In this document: positions 1 through 12,800 of the stretch, one piece after another
Position numbering within the stretch: the stretch's first letter is position 1
Layout of the letters: the number at the start of each line of letters is the position of its first letter
Assembly: GCA_036867785.1 (NCBI GenBank)
Contig: CP145413.1
Location: 124,001 to 188,000, forward strand
Direction: 5' to 3'
Origin: Plasmodiophora brassicae
Lineage: Eukaryota
Length of the DNA: 64,000 nt
Position numbers and translations under genes: made by a program
The notes under the pieces: model-generated
Databases searched by the model: none
The model's input: only the letters and a program-made list of their open reading frames with translations
What the model was told of the DNA's origin: nothing

Positions 1-112
1 CGGTGCGGTGCCCCCCGTCAGTCGCCGCTGGCAGTCAGGCAGCGGCACGGCGTCAGTGGCGTGTACGGCGGATATGGGAATAATAAGGGGGGCGGAGCGC
101 GTTGTTATGATT

Positions 113-559
113 TTACGGCGACTGGATGCGGTCCTGGCCGCCGGCGACGACGTCGGCGCCGAGTTCCCAGGTGTCGTCGTCGACGCGGGTGATGGCCTGG
201 CCTTTCTGCTCGAGGATGTCCTCGATGTTGCGGCGGCCGCCGCCGAAGTAGTTGAGGTTGTCGGCCAGCAGGTGCATGTTCTGGCACTTTGGGCACCGGG
301 CGATGACGACGCCGTGCGTGTACGCCTGCTTCGACATGGTTTTCGCCGTCCGCGTATAGCAGATCGTGCAGGTGAACACGATCCCCATGCGGGGATCCTC
401 CGGGTTGCCCGGCGGCGCACGCGTCGCGGCTTCCGACGACTTCCAGCGCCGCGCCACGACGGGCGCCCCGAACCGCGCGCACCGATGCGCGACCGGCGGC
501 GCAGCGCGCGCCTGCCTCGCCACCGCCTGCACGGCGCCGCGGAAACACCTCCCCAGCAT
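113..559 (-). CDS. DNLZ: Mitochondrial DNL-type zinc-finger chaperone (Hep1/Zim17/DNLZ)
   Basis: Arg/Ala-rich presequence-like N-terminus (MLGRCFRGAVQAVAR), then IVFTCTICYTRTAKTMSKQAYTHGVVIARCPKCQNMHLLADNLNYF...NIEDIL, the zf-DNL signature. Single exon. Confidence 0.88.
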   Translation of the reverse strand: MLGRCFRGAVQAVARQARAAPPVAHRCARFGAPVVARRWKSSEAATRAPPGNPEDPRMGIVFTCTICYTRTAKTMSKQAYTHGVVIARCPKCQNMHLLADNLNYFGGGRRNIEDILEQKGQAITRVDDDTWELGADVVAGGQDRIQSP

Positions 560-855
560 GACGACAACCCTCGACGAACTTGACGACCGAGAACGATACG
601 GACGCGGCGGGACCCGGCGCCAGTCGCAACTCGTCGCAGCTCGTCGCGCAGCGTGCGTGGCGCGGTTTGATTCTCCGACGACGCTCCGCACAATTCCGCG
701 CGCGCACCCACTCCGGACCGGAATACCGCCTGGAACGGGGGGGGGCGCGCCGACCGGACCAGGAGGGGCACAACGGCCCCGACCGCCGCCATGACGAATA
801 TATAGTGGTGTGTATGGGCCCGGAGACAGACAATGAGGTCGCAGGCGTGGGGAGA

Positions 856-3703
856 CTAGTCGACAGACATGGCCTCCTCGTCGTCGGGCGGGGCGGCGTC
901 GCCCGGTTCCGTGTCGGGGGACTCGGGGGGGTCCCCGGTCTCGACTGGTGGCCGGGGGCCTTCCCCCGCGACTTGCTCGACGTCCATCGCGTGCGCATCG
1001 GCGCTGTCGATTAGGGCCGACAGTTCCGGCAGCTTGTCGACCAGCGACGCGCGATGCTCCTCTGAGCAACGTCAGGTCGAACGCATGCGCGGATGACCCC
1101 GACGCCCGTACCGATGGAGGGGAGCAGCGTTGCTACGGCACCGTCAGCGGAGGCATTCTCTGCCGAGGGCGACGGCCGGGAGTCGCGAACGTATCGTGCA
1201 ATGTCGGCAACGGGGATGACGTCCGTCAACGCCTCTAGGCTTTCGAATAATCGCAGCCGGAACACCTGGACCCGCAGATAAGCGCCGATAACGTTTGCGC
1301 AGCTGAGGGCATGTACCTCCTGCTTCGCAGCAAGGCGAACGAGGCACTTGTCGAAACAGGCCGCGCGGAAATCGGCGTTCGTCGCAAGCTGCGCGCGAAT
1401 GCGATTGTCACTCGTCAACAGCGACACGAGAGCCAGGCCGAATCGGTCGATAACGGACAGCGGCGGAACGGCACCCGCCAGCGGGGCGTTCCCCAGGACT
1501 GCCAGCAGGACGGTCGCACGAGCAACATCGTTCTTCAGCAGGCAACTGTAGCGGGTGCCACGATGACGGATCCGGCAGCACACCAGAACGAAACGGACGC
1601 ACCTCATGGCATACGACACCAGAAGGGACGTCCCCATTCCCGCCTTGTCGGCACTCAAGAGGTTGACCAACGACGTCGTTGTCGTATCGGCGGGTTCGCC
1701 TTCCAGCATGACGATGCCGAGCAACGGATACCACGATCGTAGGATCACTATGTGCACGATATGGACGATGGCGCTGCCGGACGCGTGCAGTACCACTGAC
1801 CGTTCGGGCACTTTGGCAGCTTGAAACTGCGACGGGCGCGAAGCAGCTTTCTGACGTTCGTCCCAATGAACATGGCATGGCTGAGAAGGCGTACGGGTTC
1901 GTCGTCCTTGGGTAGGTGCTCATCGTCGGCGGCACTGACGATCCTCCCTGTGCCAACACGAACGTCAGCCGGCTATGCCCAATGTGTCGGTGACGCCGAC
2001 CGCACCTAGGTGGACTTCAATCGACCGGAGAAGCGTGTTCGCCACAAGCGGGTGCGCCAGGACCATGGACAGATCCTGCATCTGCGAGATCGTGCCAGGG
2101 TCTTCATTCTGCAAACACTAATTAAATGTCAAGGTCGCATTCGGACGCACGGAAGAGGATACCGAATCGGATGGAAGGTCGCTCACTTCCCTGGTCAGTG
2201 CGTACTGCGTTCTGAGCTCGTCGAGGAGCCGGCCTGATAACGACGTCAACGATACCTAAAGCAAACGTTTGCCACCGAGCCACAGGGACCTTCAATGCAG
2301 GCCTCTCGTACAGCGGCATCGAGGCACCAGGCTATCATGCGGATCGGGTCCTGCGAAACCACATCTTGCTGCCCACAGTCGTGCAGGGCCATCAGCAGCT
2401 CCATACGCAGGACACAGTATCCAAAGTGGCGCGACGTCGAGAACCGATCCCGCAGGATACGAAGGCAGAAGCTGTAGACCTGGAACGACGATCCAATCCA
2501 TTGTACGAGCTGCTGAAGTACAGGGTCGGCCGCGCGACGATCCGACGGAACCTGCACGGGAACCCGAAACGGTCCATACGCACGAAGGCGCTCCGGGTCG
2601 GTGACGAATTCGTTGTACAACGGGATGAGCTTCATGAACAGCAGGTTCGGATGTTCTACCCAGACTTGCCGAAGAATAGACAGAGGCAACGTCTACGGGT
2701 CACAGCCGTGCCTCAGCCACCACAGCCCATGTGTCAGGACGCAGACTGACTTCGAGAAGCGCTGCCTGCGTCGACAGCGAGTCGATGTACTTCTTCGGGA
2801 TCTTGTCCATCCCGCATAGCAATTCGATTGGTATTTCCCGAAGTTCGTCAATCCGCATGAACCGGAACGACTCCTGCAGCAGGATCTCGCGCTGCCCTGG
2901 CGCCAACTTGGACGACCGTTGCATCAGGCGAGCCTGGAGCACAGGGAGACGTCAACCAAGGCGGCTGGGTGCAAATCGCATCGGCAACCTTGAGCTTGTC
3001 GCAGAGCGAGGAATAGACCGACGCGCGCGATATGCCCAGAAGATCGAGAAATTTGAGGAATGCGCCCGAGTTGGGGACGTGCAGGCCATTGCGTTCTTCA
3101 GTACACACATGAGGCGACGGCGAAATTTGACATTGGAACTGGGCGACAGAACCTTGGAATTCGTGGATAACATTGACAGGGTTGTGCTGGGACAGCATCT
3201 TGTGGATCGTCAGCGACCCCTGGACGCGGGTCACAACCCCCCGAACCGCGGCACGACCCCGAACCGCTAACCGACCTTTTCGCCAAGCTGGTACTCGTCG
3301 TCGCCGTCATCGATCGCAACGACGTCGCTGGCACGCCCGTCGACGCCGATGACTGCGTCATCGACGTGCGACGCTGCCGACGACGGCGCGCCCGCCATCG
3401 ACCTGCACTGCGCCTACGCAGCAACCAGAACGCCGTGCTCTGAACCGTGGCCACGCGTCGCTCGCCGTCTCGCAGCGACCGCCCCGTGTCGTTATTATCG
3501 ATGCGGTCGACGACGATGATGTCGTGCAGCGACGCGGCGAGCTGGCAGCTGCGACCAGCACACCATCGTCGAGGCGCGACGACGCGGTGTCAAGGCCACG
3601 GCAAATGGGCCCTCCAGTACCTACACGTTCGGGGCTGCCTTGGCCGAATGGCGTAACAGTCGGGGCCAGGTTCGTCCAACAGCCGCCCGGGCTGCGACGA
3701 CAT
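856..3703 (-). CDS. NELFB: Negative elongation factor B (NELF-B/COBRA1) homolog, multi-exon; start uncertain
   Basis: Exon peptides FLKFLDLLGISRASVYSSLCDKLK, LLQESFRFMRIDELREIPIELL, ILRQVWVEHPNLL and VLQQLVQWIGSSFQVYSFCLRILRDRFSTSRHFGYCVLRMELLMALHDCGQQDVVSQDPIRMIAWCLDAAVRE parallel the conserved COBRA1 core (YCTLRAELLMSLHD...DPCHKFTWCLDACIRE). The last exon ends ...DDEEAMSVD* at 856. Confidence 0.8.
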
Positions 3704-3848
3704 GCGCTTTGCAGCCTAATCGAGATCGCATTCGCTACATCTGCCTGATCATCACCGACAACATCGAAGGGGCATTACAGGCCCGGGACGTCGGTACGGC
3801 CTAACTGAAGTCGACATGTGGTTGAAGAGATTTTAGACTAAAAGGGGG

Positions 3849-6800
3849 TTAATGGTTCGATATTCGGGAATCGATGGATTCGACCAGGCCGGTGACCGCG
3901 GACAACACAGTTTGCAGGTTGGCAGTGAGCACAGAATACGTTGCATCGGGTATGGATTCGCGCTGGACGCCGAAACGGTTCAGGACGAATGCGACCACGT
4001 CGGGAGGAGTGAAGTTGCCCAGCAAATGGATCTGCGGGTTCAGCACCATTTCGTTCGTCTGGATTATCATCTCTACGCGCGTAATCCCACATCAGAAAGG
4101 TCTGCCAAGAACCGCAAATCCGACGGCCATCCCATACTAGGTTGACTAGCAGTGGAGTTTCGGGACAACCTAGCGGTTGGAGTCTTTGGGGACGCATAAC
4201 GCGAATAAGCCTCATTGAGCTTGGTCACGTATTCGAGCCTGCACAACATGCTTCACTGTGCCCGAAAGGAGCAGGTACCGCAGGAACTTACGCCGTTTCT
4301 GTGATCAGCTTGTAATACGACATGTGCACAGGAACAATGATAGCCTTGTCCCAGAATGTGACAAAGTCAGCCACGATGCGGTTCGTGCCAACCGACTGCA
4401 ACGTGATCGACTCGAGGACGAACCCGGGAATCTACAGAAATCGATACCGGGGTTATCTTATGTCGCAATGCCGGAACGTGGAACCTGCCTCAAACAGGAT
4501 GTCTCCAGCTTGGTTGGCACTCAGACGGAGGAGGTAGACTCCGCACAGCGAACTTTGGACCGGAATCCATTCGTCATCCGGCCTGGTGACGTAAACAACA
4601 ACGGTGAACAAGATTTCCACAATAACAGGGGGAAAGAAGGGTACCCTCGCTGGTGAACGCCGACGTCCAGAGTACAGTCTCTGTGTATGCGCATGTTGTC
4701 ATCGACATTCATGCCGAATGACAAACGAAAGTCAACAACGATAACGGCGAGGCATCCACCATCAGTATTTGACCCCGACGTCAGCATATCGCATTCGAAC
4801 TTTTCTATCGGCTAGTCAGAGTGGTGACTGTAGGATGGCAATTGCGACTGCTGACCTCCATGAACCTTGACCTTTCCCACTGGAATGCTCAACGAAAAGG
4901 ACGCCTGTCGTGTTCTCGTCGCCCTGGACGTAGACAGGGGCACGGCGCTCGCTGGAGCATCGTTAAGTATCTTCTGGAGAGAACGCCCAGCTGCGAGAAG
5001 TATTGGCGCCGTGTTTGACGATAGCACAACTTTCATTTCATCCCCTGAAACGCACGTTCACTATGGGGCCGCGTCAAGAGACGCTCGGCGGCGTATACCG
5101 GTGTTGACTTCGAGTACAGGTGCGAACCGTCGGCCAACGGCTTGGTGATCTTCCCGAATCACAAAGTCAAGGTCGGAGGACTGGACTTTAACGAGTTGGG
5201 CATGATGACATTCAAGGTCGAGATACAGCGCCTTCTGCTTCATCTCGGCTGTCAGTGCTCTCGAGGTCACCCCATCAGATGTGCGCGAATTCCAGTACAG
5301 CCGCAGGGTCATGGATCGGATATCACCTACAGGACACGTGTCACTGGACACAACGAGCTCCAGCCACAGAAGTATACCCTCCCCAGTGAGCCCGTCGTCG
5401 TTGATACATCCGGCTTCAAGTTGTACTGGGCCCATGGTGGTCTCGCTGAGTAGCAGATTCGGCGAAGTGAACGCCCGGCAGCCAAGGGTGCTCAAGTTGA
5501 GAGTTAACACGCTGTTTACTGGGTCGACGATACCCAGATTGATTGCAAACTGTATCGTCCCGATCCGAACATCAATGCTAGCACTCTCGGACGAAACACT
5601 GGGCTTTGAGCCAGACACTGCCGGTCGAGGTATTGCACTCTGAAGCAGACAGGTCAGCAAAGTGGACGATAAAGGTTTGGGAATACCTGGACACTGACGT
5701 TCTGAGACGATAAGAGCTTCCACCGATTACGGAACTGAGATATCAGACTGTCGAACAGTTGATAATAGCCAAGGTCGATCACCGCATGGATGTTTGAAAC
5801 GGATACTGTTCGAGCTTTCGCCGACGACATCGTGCTGGACTGCAGCAGAATGCCCGATACAGAAAATTCCAGGAAACGTTCTTTCCTGGAACTCGAAACC
5901 AGAGCACTCATCTGCGGAACGGACAGAGTTGATGACTCTAGCCATGAACTGCCAGTTGGCGCCTTCATAGAACAGAACAGGACAGGCTGTTCGACGGAGA
6001 TCGTGCCTTCCCATTCATTCATCACATTCACTGAAGGCCGTACATAAACACCATCGCTTACCAAGTGTTTGAATAGTCTTGTCGAAGGGGGCCTGTAAAG
6101 AAACCGACAGGGGCTGCAGTCTAGCACATATCATTGTAGGACGGTCTTCGTTCGGCGTGTTTGGAGCGGTTGACGAAATCGCAGATAGATCCGGTAGATC
6201 GGAAACAATGCCGTAGAGAAGGTCCACAACAGGAAGGTGCAGCACCAGCTTTGGCATTTCAACTTCGACTGCGGGACGAGATCGGTATAGATTCTACATG
6301 GTAGCGGCCGTGACATACCAGTGTATATGCTGCAAGCCGGATGAACCACACACATGGCGGCAACGTACGGCAGGTCGATTTTCGTAACCGGCGTGCCATC
6401 CAGCGCGAAGATTCTGCATACGCCAGGCCCGTCCAAGCGAACGGCAAGGTGCATCTGGTGCTGCACACCGCTAAGACTGGTTGGCGAAGACGCAGCCTTG
6501 GCGCGAACGGTGCTAGGAGACCGACTCTAAGCCATGGTCAGACCATGTGTCGAGACCAAACCCAACTGGGCATCGTACCTGCATCAGGTATACGAGCAGA
6601 CGAACGATATCGGGCTGCACGCTTATTTGTGGGCAAGCGACGTCAAGCGTCCCTGAAAGCGTTTGCACCGCCTCTGTAGTGATACCCTTAAGCTCCAACG
6701 CAACGTTCCGGAAATGTACGCGGTTCAGTGCTGTGGCTTTGACCACATCTTCATCCAATGTTGGGTCCTTGTAGAAGCCGAACCCGGTAATAAAATTTTG

Positions 6801-9800
6801 GACCTGTGCCAGTGCTCGTTACATCCCAGCATGATGGACGCATAGTCGTCAACCTCTGCGAAGCCCGCAAGCACTTCAATCCTGGGGAGCCATCCACCAG
6901 GTGGGCGAGATTCCCTGATGCCGTCAATGTCAAATGACTGAAGGTGAAATACGAAACTTGGCACGCTGTCTTGGAGGTCCACAAACGCCCTGTTGACACA
7001 GTACCACCTGTAAGCGGCAAAGTTTCTTTATGAACGTAATGCCTACCTTATGTTCTGCAACGCGAAGTGCATTTTGGCCACTGAAAACAATCCAGCTGAA
7101 TCATTTGCTTGCTGTTTCAGCGACTTTGGCGATGGCATTTTGCTTTGTTGCACAGTGGACGTATATGCTAACAGAAATTCTTGAAGCGAGAAAAGGGCTT
7201 CTGACGAGGTTACAAGAAGAGTATCGTACACAGCGCAATTGACCGCAACTGACGACCCGTCAGTCAGACGGGTGGCGTCAAACGAAATATTGCCAATAAC
7301 TGAGCACGTGTCACTTGAGCCAGCACTGAACAAGACAGTAACGTCTGCACAATCCCCGTGTTAGATGAATTCGCCATCGAGTCAAGTTTCGAGGACAGGA
7401 CAGACCTCGTATGTCGGCAAATGCACGAGCTTTCATTGGAAGCGCGACCTGCGTCGGCGCGACGACCAAGCCGTTCAGTTCCTGTTCGTCGGGAGTTTCT
7501 TGTACGAGCTTGAACCAGACATTACTGACAGAGGCAGTTGCCGAAGCAGAAGCCGTGCAAAGCTGAACCTATGCCACATCTCGTTTAACCAGAGTGTGGA
7601 AGATGTTCATGAAATATGCGACAGACTCGGATGCCTTCAACGATGATGCTGACCTCCAGTTGACGCGATTCTGCCGTTTTGGCCGTCAGACGCCGCCCTG
7701 GTAGTTTTCGGGAGGAGTGCACAGACAGTTGTTGCATAAAAGCGGGCAGCATTGCCATCTGAGATGTCACAACGAGATACAGCTGCAAGACGCGAGATAG
7801 CAAGTCAATATCGACGATGTAGTCCAACTGCGCCAATGTGATGATTCCAGATGATGCCAACGTGTCATTTGCTAGCAGCGAACACGTGATTATGACGCAC
7901 AAACTTCGAAGGTAGAGGTTTTAACGTACCAAATTCGATGTGGATGGTCGGGAGCTTCTGACTGTGCTTCAGACCGGGAGCCGACACCGTCAACGCATGA
8001 GGTGTATCGTCACTGCCGAAAGCAACGAAATGTCCAGAGCTCGATTCGCCGGCAGAGTACATGTTCATCACAACTTTGTCCAGTTTGTAGTCCAAGGATA
8101 AATCGTCACCCTTCGTCAACATAACTGTGAACTGTCGCAGACAGGCATGTAGGTGTGCTATGACGCACAAATTTAGACTAAGCACATGGCCCGATGATGA
8201 AAGTCTTACTCTGTGGCGACTCTTTCGGTTGTTTGGGGGCGATCAGCACCCTGTGTTCCCCGTTGTCGGCCAGGAATTGACCGATGGCTTGAAAGGCCAC
8301 ACCAACGGCGTCGCGAATAGAGTCGCCCTCCAGTGAATTGATGCCGACGTCCAAAGATTCGACAGCAACTGCTATCGATGAAACGCATGGCGCGACAGCC
8401 TCGCTGAAGGCACGGTTGATCGCGACAGACCTAATCACTGCTGCGACGCCCTGGGATCTCCCAGGTTCGTTTCCTGCGATTGCGAAGGCAATGCTTCTAA
8501 CCCCAATTGAGGAGAGCCGCACTTTGCTGGTGACACCTGAACCAGAAGCGGTAATTAGCGTTTGAAAGAGACGGACGATTACTAATGAGAAGCGACCATC
8601 CGAAGCATTGAGTTGATGCACCGAAAGAGTGAGCTCGCCACTGGAGCCTTGATGCAAATGAATGAGGACGCGCATGTCGTCTACAGCCACGTGGACAGCC
8701 GTCGCCAACTTGACAGCAGCTGGCGTATCTGGATCTCCGCTCAGACGTTCCTTTGGGCTGGCAGAAAATGATGTCCGCTCTAGAATGACTAAGTTACAAA
8801 TCGGGTAGACAACGTGATTCTGACCAACCTAGAACCGGCAATAAACCTAACCCGGTACGGAATGCAATCTCACGAACGCGAACCGTTTGCAGGCATTCAA
8901 CGTTGGATTGCCTAGAACAGAAGGTGATGTGCTCGCCATTGGCGCTGTGCTGGAAGCCACTATCGTCAAATTGTGTCGCAGAAAACGTGGCAATAAATAG
9001 ATTGGAAGTTGCCATGGAAGATGGAAATGTTTGTTCTGCAATGGCAACCGTCAGCTGAGCCCAAATGGTCACGACGAGCACCAACCAGTAGGCTTATCGA
9101 AAGCAGACGCGAACTCGCAAGCGAGTAGCGATAGTGTTGCGACAGTGACAGGAGGCGTTTCTGGAGACCTATTCTTCTCAATGATCGACAGGAAGCTGGG
9201 AAGAACGGGCACATCAAGCTTGTCGGACAGCTGTTGAAGCCGACGTCGAAGGCGCCGAACCTGTTCAACAGGTCGAAGTTGGAACCGTTTCCGGCAACCT
9301 AACGAATGAGCTCACCTGCATAGGCGACAGGTTGCGATAGAGGTTGTGGATCAAACTCGTGAATGGCATTTGTACATGCAGCGGTTGGGTTGCATCAAGG
9401 TCAACAGATACGCCTACGCATACGTTCACTTAATAGGATCAGGCGTTTGACGAGCAAACAACGAAATCTGACAGTCTGGAATATCGATACAGCTAGGAAC
9501 TTCACGATACTTCTTGAACCATCTGATAAACTGCAGCTGCTCTTGGATGGAAGACGATGTTTCGGCTGTAGTTGAACACTGTAAGATTTCTTGAATAAAT
9601 GAGATCCACTTCCGCTGATTTGTAGACGCGGATGATTTTGTAGAATCTGAGAACGACAACACAGAAGACGACCAAGCATCAACGACTGACAAAATAACAC
9701 CTGGAGCTGAAGGCGACATGACTGTCCTTATGGTGTCGATAGACAACATGGAATGTCTCTCTGTCGGGGACGTTTGGCCTCCTGCAAACTGCTCAATAAA

Positions 9801-12800
9801 GGGCACGCAGCATATACGCATTCAAATCCAACGTGATCGAAGCGGCGACAGCGCTACAGTGAAAACTGCAGGAATGGGAACGACATCTTGGGGTAAATTC
9901 ACTGCGAACCTATGTTACAACGTACTGACGGGAAGAAGCTGGAACGGGACTCACCGAGATCGATCTTGCAGTTCCCCAATGGCAGGTCATAGATCACCGA
10001 AACGCACAACGATACGCGGGTTATGGACATGGCAAACGAACTTATTGTCGAGGTCATGTGTGTGGACGTTGTTGCCAAAACATTTTCCAAGTTGATACTT
10101 GTGCAGATAACAGCATCCAGCGTAGATGGCAACGAAGTGGGATCGTCTACCGATGAACCCTGGAGAACGAGCCGGTAACTAAATCAGAGGGGTCATGGGA
10201 AGAACGGAACACATACAGGATACTGAGAAAGTTGGAGGCCTGAACTTTGTGTCAGCCTGATCTTTGTCTGATTCACGTGTATCGTTGTTTCAATATCGTG
10301 ACGCGGAATCTGATGGTCAGGAGGGGTGCTGTGTCCCAGTTTGCAATGAAGTTCGTCAAAGAGGTCATCAACGGAGAGATTCTGGAAGATCATGAGGCTG
10401 TGGTGACAGTGGCAGCGAGGCACGTACCCGCAACTTCATACTCGACATCATTATCGAAAGTGCACGAACAGCGTCCAAGTGGACATCCACAGACACCGGC
10501 GATAGCACGTCGATGTGCGTCTTCACTTGAACGCAATCAAGCTCAGCTAAAGTGGGGTCATTATTGGCTGGTGGCCCCTCCGTTTCGAAGCCAGACATCA
10601 TTTCTTCAAACCTACATTGCAGTAAAAGGTCGATCCAATCTGTCACAACGCGTAGGCCTACCACTTGCTAGTTAACGCTTCAAGTCGGGAGCGAGCAGTG
10701 AATTGCGATGGTGTTGGAGCAGTCGACAAACCCGATGTCAGTTTCTTCAACTGGTCGTCAAAGTCAATAGTAGGCAACGGTGAGAAAACGCCCGCGCTGG
10801 AGCCGGCCAAGCGTGCATCAGGCAGACTGAAGGGTGGGACGCCTATTCAATAACCGCCATCAATAAAATTACACAGGGACTATGGGGCGCAGCTCTAACC
10901 ACTCTGTTTCGAGTAATAGACTGGCAAGATCCGACGGAGAAGTCGCGGAGGCGAGACGAGGCCAAGAGAAACAACTCTGACGCCAAAAGCGAGCCTATAC
11001 ATTGGTGTGGAAATGCCTGACGAGATAGTTGGAGGTTGTCCAGGAGCCGTGACGGCAAGGGTAGCCTACGCCTGATGTTAAACAAGCATATTCGCATAAC
11101 GTAAGTGCAAACCTGATCGGGATCAGAAAAGCAGCTTTCCGCAGAATAGAAGTCCTCAACGCCTTCGCTGTCTGAGTTGCCTTTCTCAGGATCATAAGCA
11201 ACGCCCACGCCTTTCTCTGGCGACGTAACGATTGGTTGTGAAGGCCTCGCCATGATGGGGGATTCCTGTGAAACGGTTATTCAGTAAGCGCTTCCTCTGA
11301 GACTAGATCCTAGACCATTTGCTTCTCCGCAACGAAGGTACCATCATCAACGGCCGAGATCCTGAGAGAACCTCCAAACCTATGATCGTACGCCCTACCG
11401 GGTCTCGATCTCTTCAGCGGTTGCCACATGTGCGATAACGAGTCCGACTCGTCTGAGTTCCGCGACAACGGCGACGAGGAACCTGAGTGATACCCCTCAG
11501 ACAGCTCATCGCGTGACATTGGAATGTGCAGATTTGGTGTCGACAATGCTTCGCAGTCCAGGGAAGCGTTCTGAGTTCACATGGGCAATCAGCATCAGTT
11601 GCGGGTTTGTGCTTGGACACCAACCGCATTGGTTCGAAGCCATGGGCGTTCGGCTAACAGAGACCTGCCATCTTCTTCGAAGCCAATGGAAGAGCTGAGA
11701 AACTCTCTCTGCTTCTTGAGCAGCGGTTCCCATCGCCCATGCCTAGTCGTCATAACGACATCTAACCCGATGCCCGACACACTCGCGATGTTTGACAAGA
11801 TTGTCCTCAAATAGCGTCAAAATTCATACAGGGAACCACACACCGAAACCTTACTTGGAGCGATGCCTTGTCGACGAGCGCTTCGTTACCGCGATAAGCT
11901 CCCACGCGTATTCGGGAACGTAAAGAATCCTGATATACGAATGCTCTTGTGTGACTAGTGACGAAGAAGCACTGGAAACACACATGTGCTAATCAGTTAA
12001 TGCAGACGCATGCAAACGAATCCTCATGCAGACCTATCAAATCCTCGTCTCAGGCGAAGTCTTGCAATGGATGACGAGTCCACAACATCGACAGCAACGC
12101 TGGTTACTTTAACTGAGGTACGGTGGTCGCACAGGCCCCACAACTCTTGCTCCTAGCAACAACAATCAACCTCAACGTCAGAGTACATTCAGGCGGTTGC
12201 ACCAACCTCGGTTAGGACACGTTTAGAGAGATCGGGCATCAATCGCTCGTCAGCAGAGTCGGAATACTGTCAACGACAGTCGGCATTGGCTTTTTCTCGT
12301 CCACGACGCGAACGTACCTGACGACCGACAACACCAAAGGAACTGAGGAGAGCAGCGAGTTGTGATGTTATGAGTTGGCCATGAATGCTGTCGAGCGTAA
12401 CGTCGATGTCGGATCGCTTGACGAAAAAGAATGGAGATGGCCCATAGTGGCTTTGTTTCCTCACTGCTAAGCCTAATCACAGTTCATCAGAAGGAAGTAC
12501 TGGTATGTGCGAAGCGTGGCCCATGCCTGTAAACCGATAGTAGGTCTCCTGCTCTAGCGCGTTGGGTCCTGCGTTTTTATGGTGGAATATTGTGTACGGC
12601 TGTTCAGGTGGGTCGACTACTGGTACTGTCAATGTAATCGGACTGCAACTGAAACATCATGATAATGAGGTCAGGAGACTGTACATGGGTTACGTGACCT
12701 CTTACCTCATGGTTAGGTCCAGGTACTCTTCGATAACTCGCAGCTCCAGGTTGAGATCAAACAGTCGCATAACAGGACGACGCTGATCTGGCGAGTTGAA

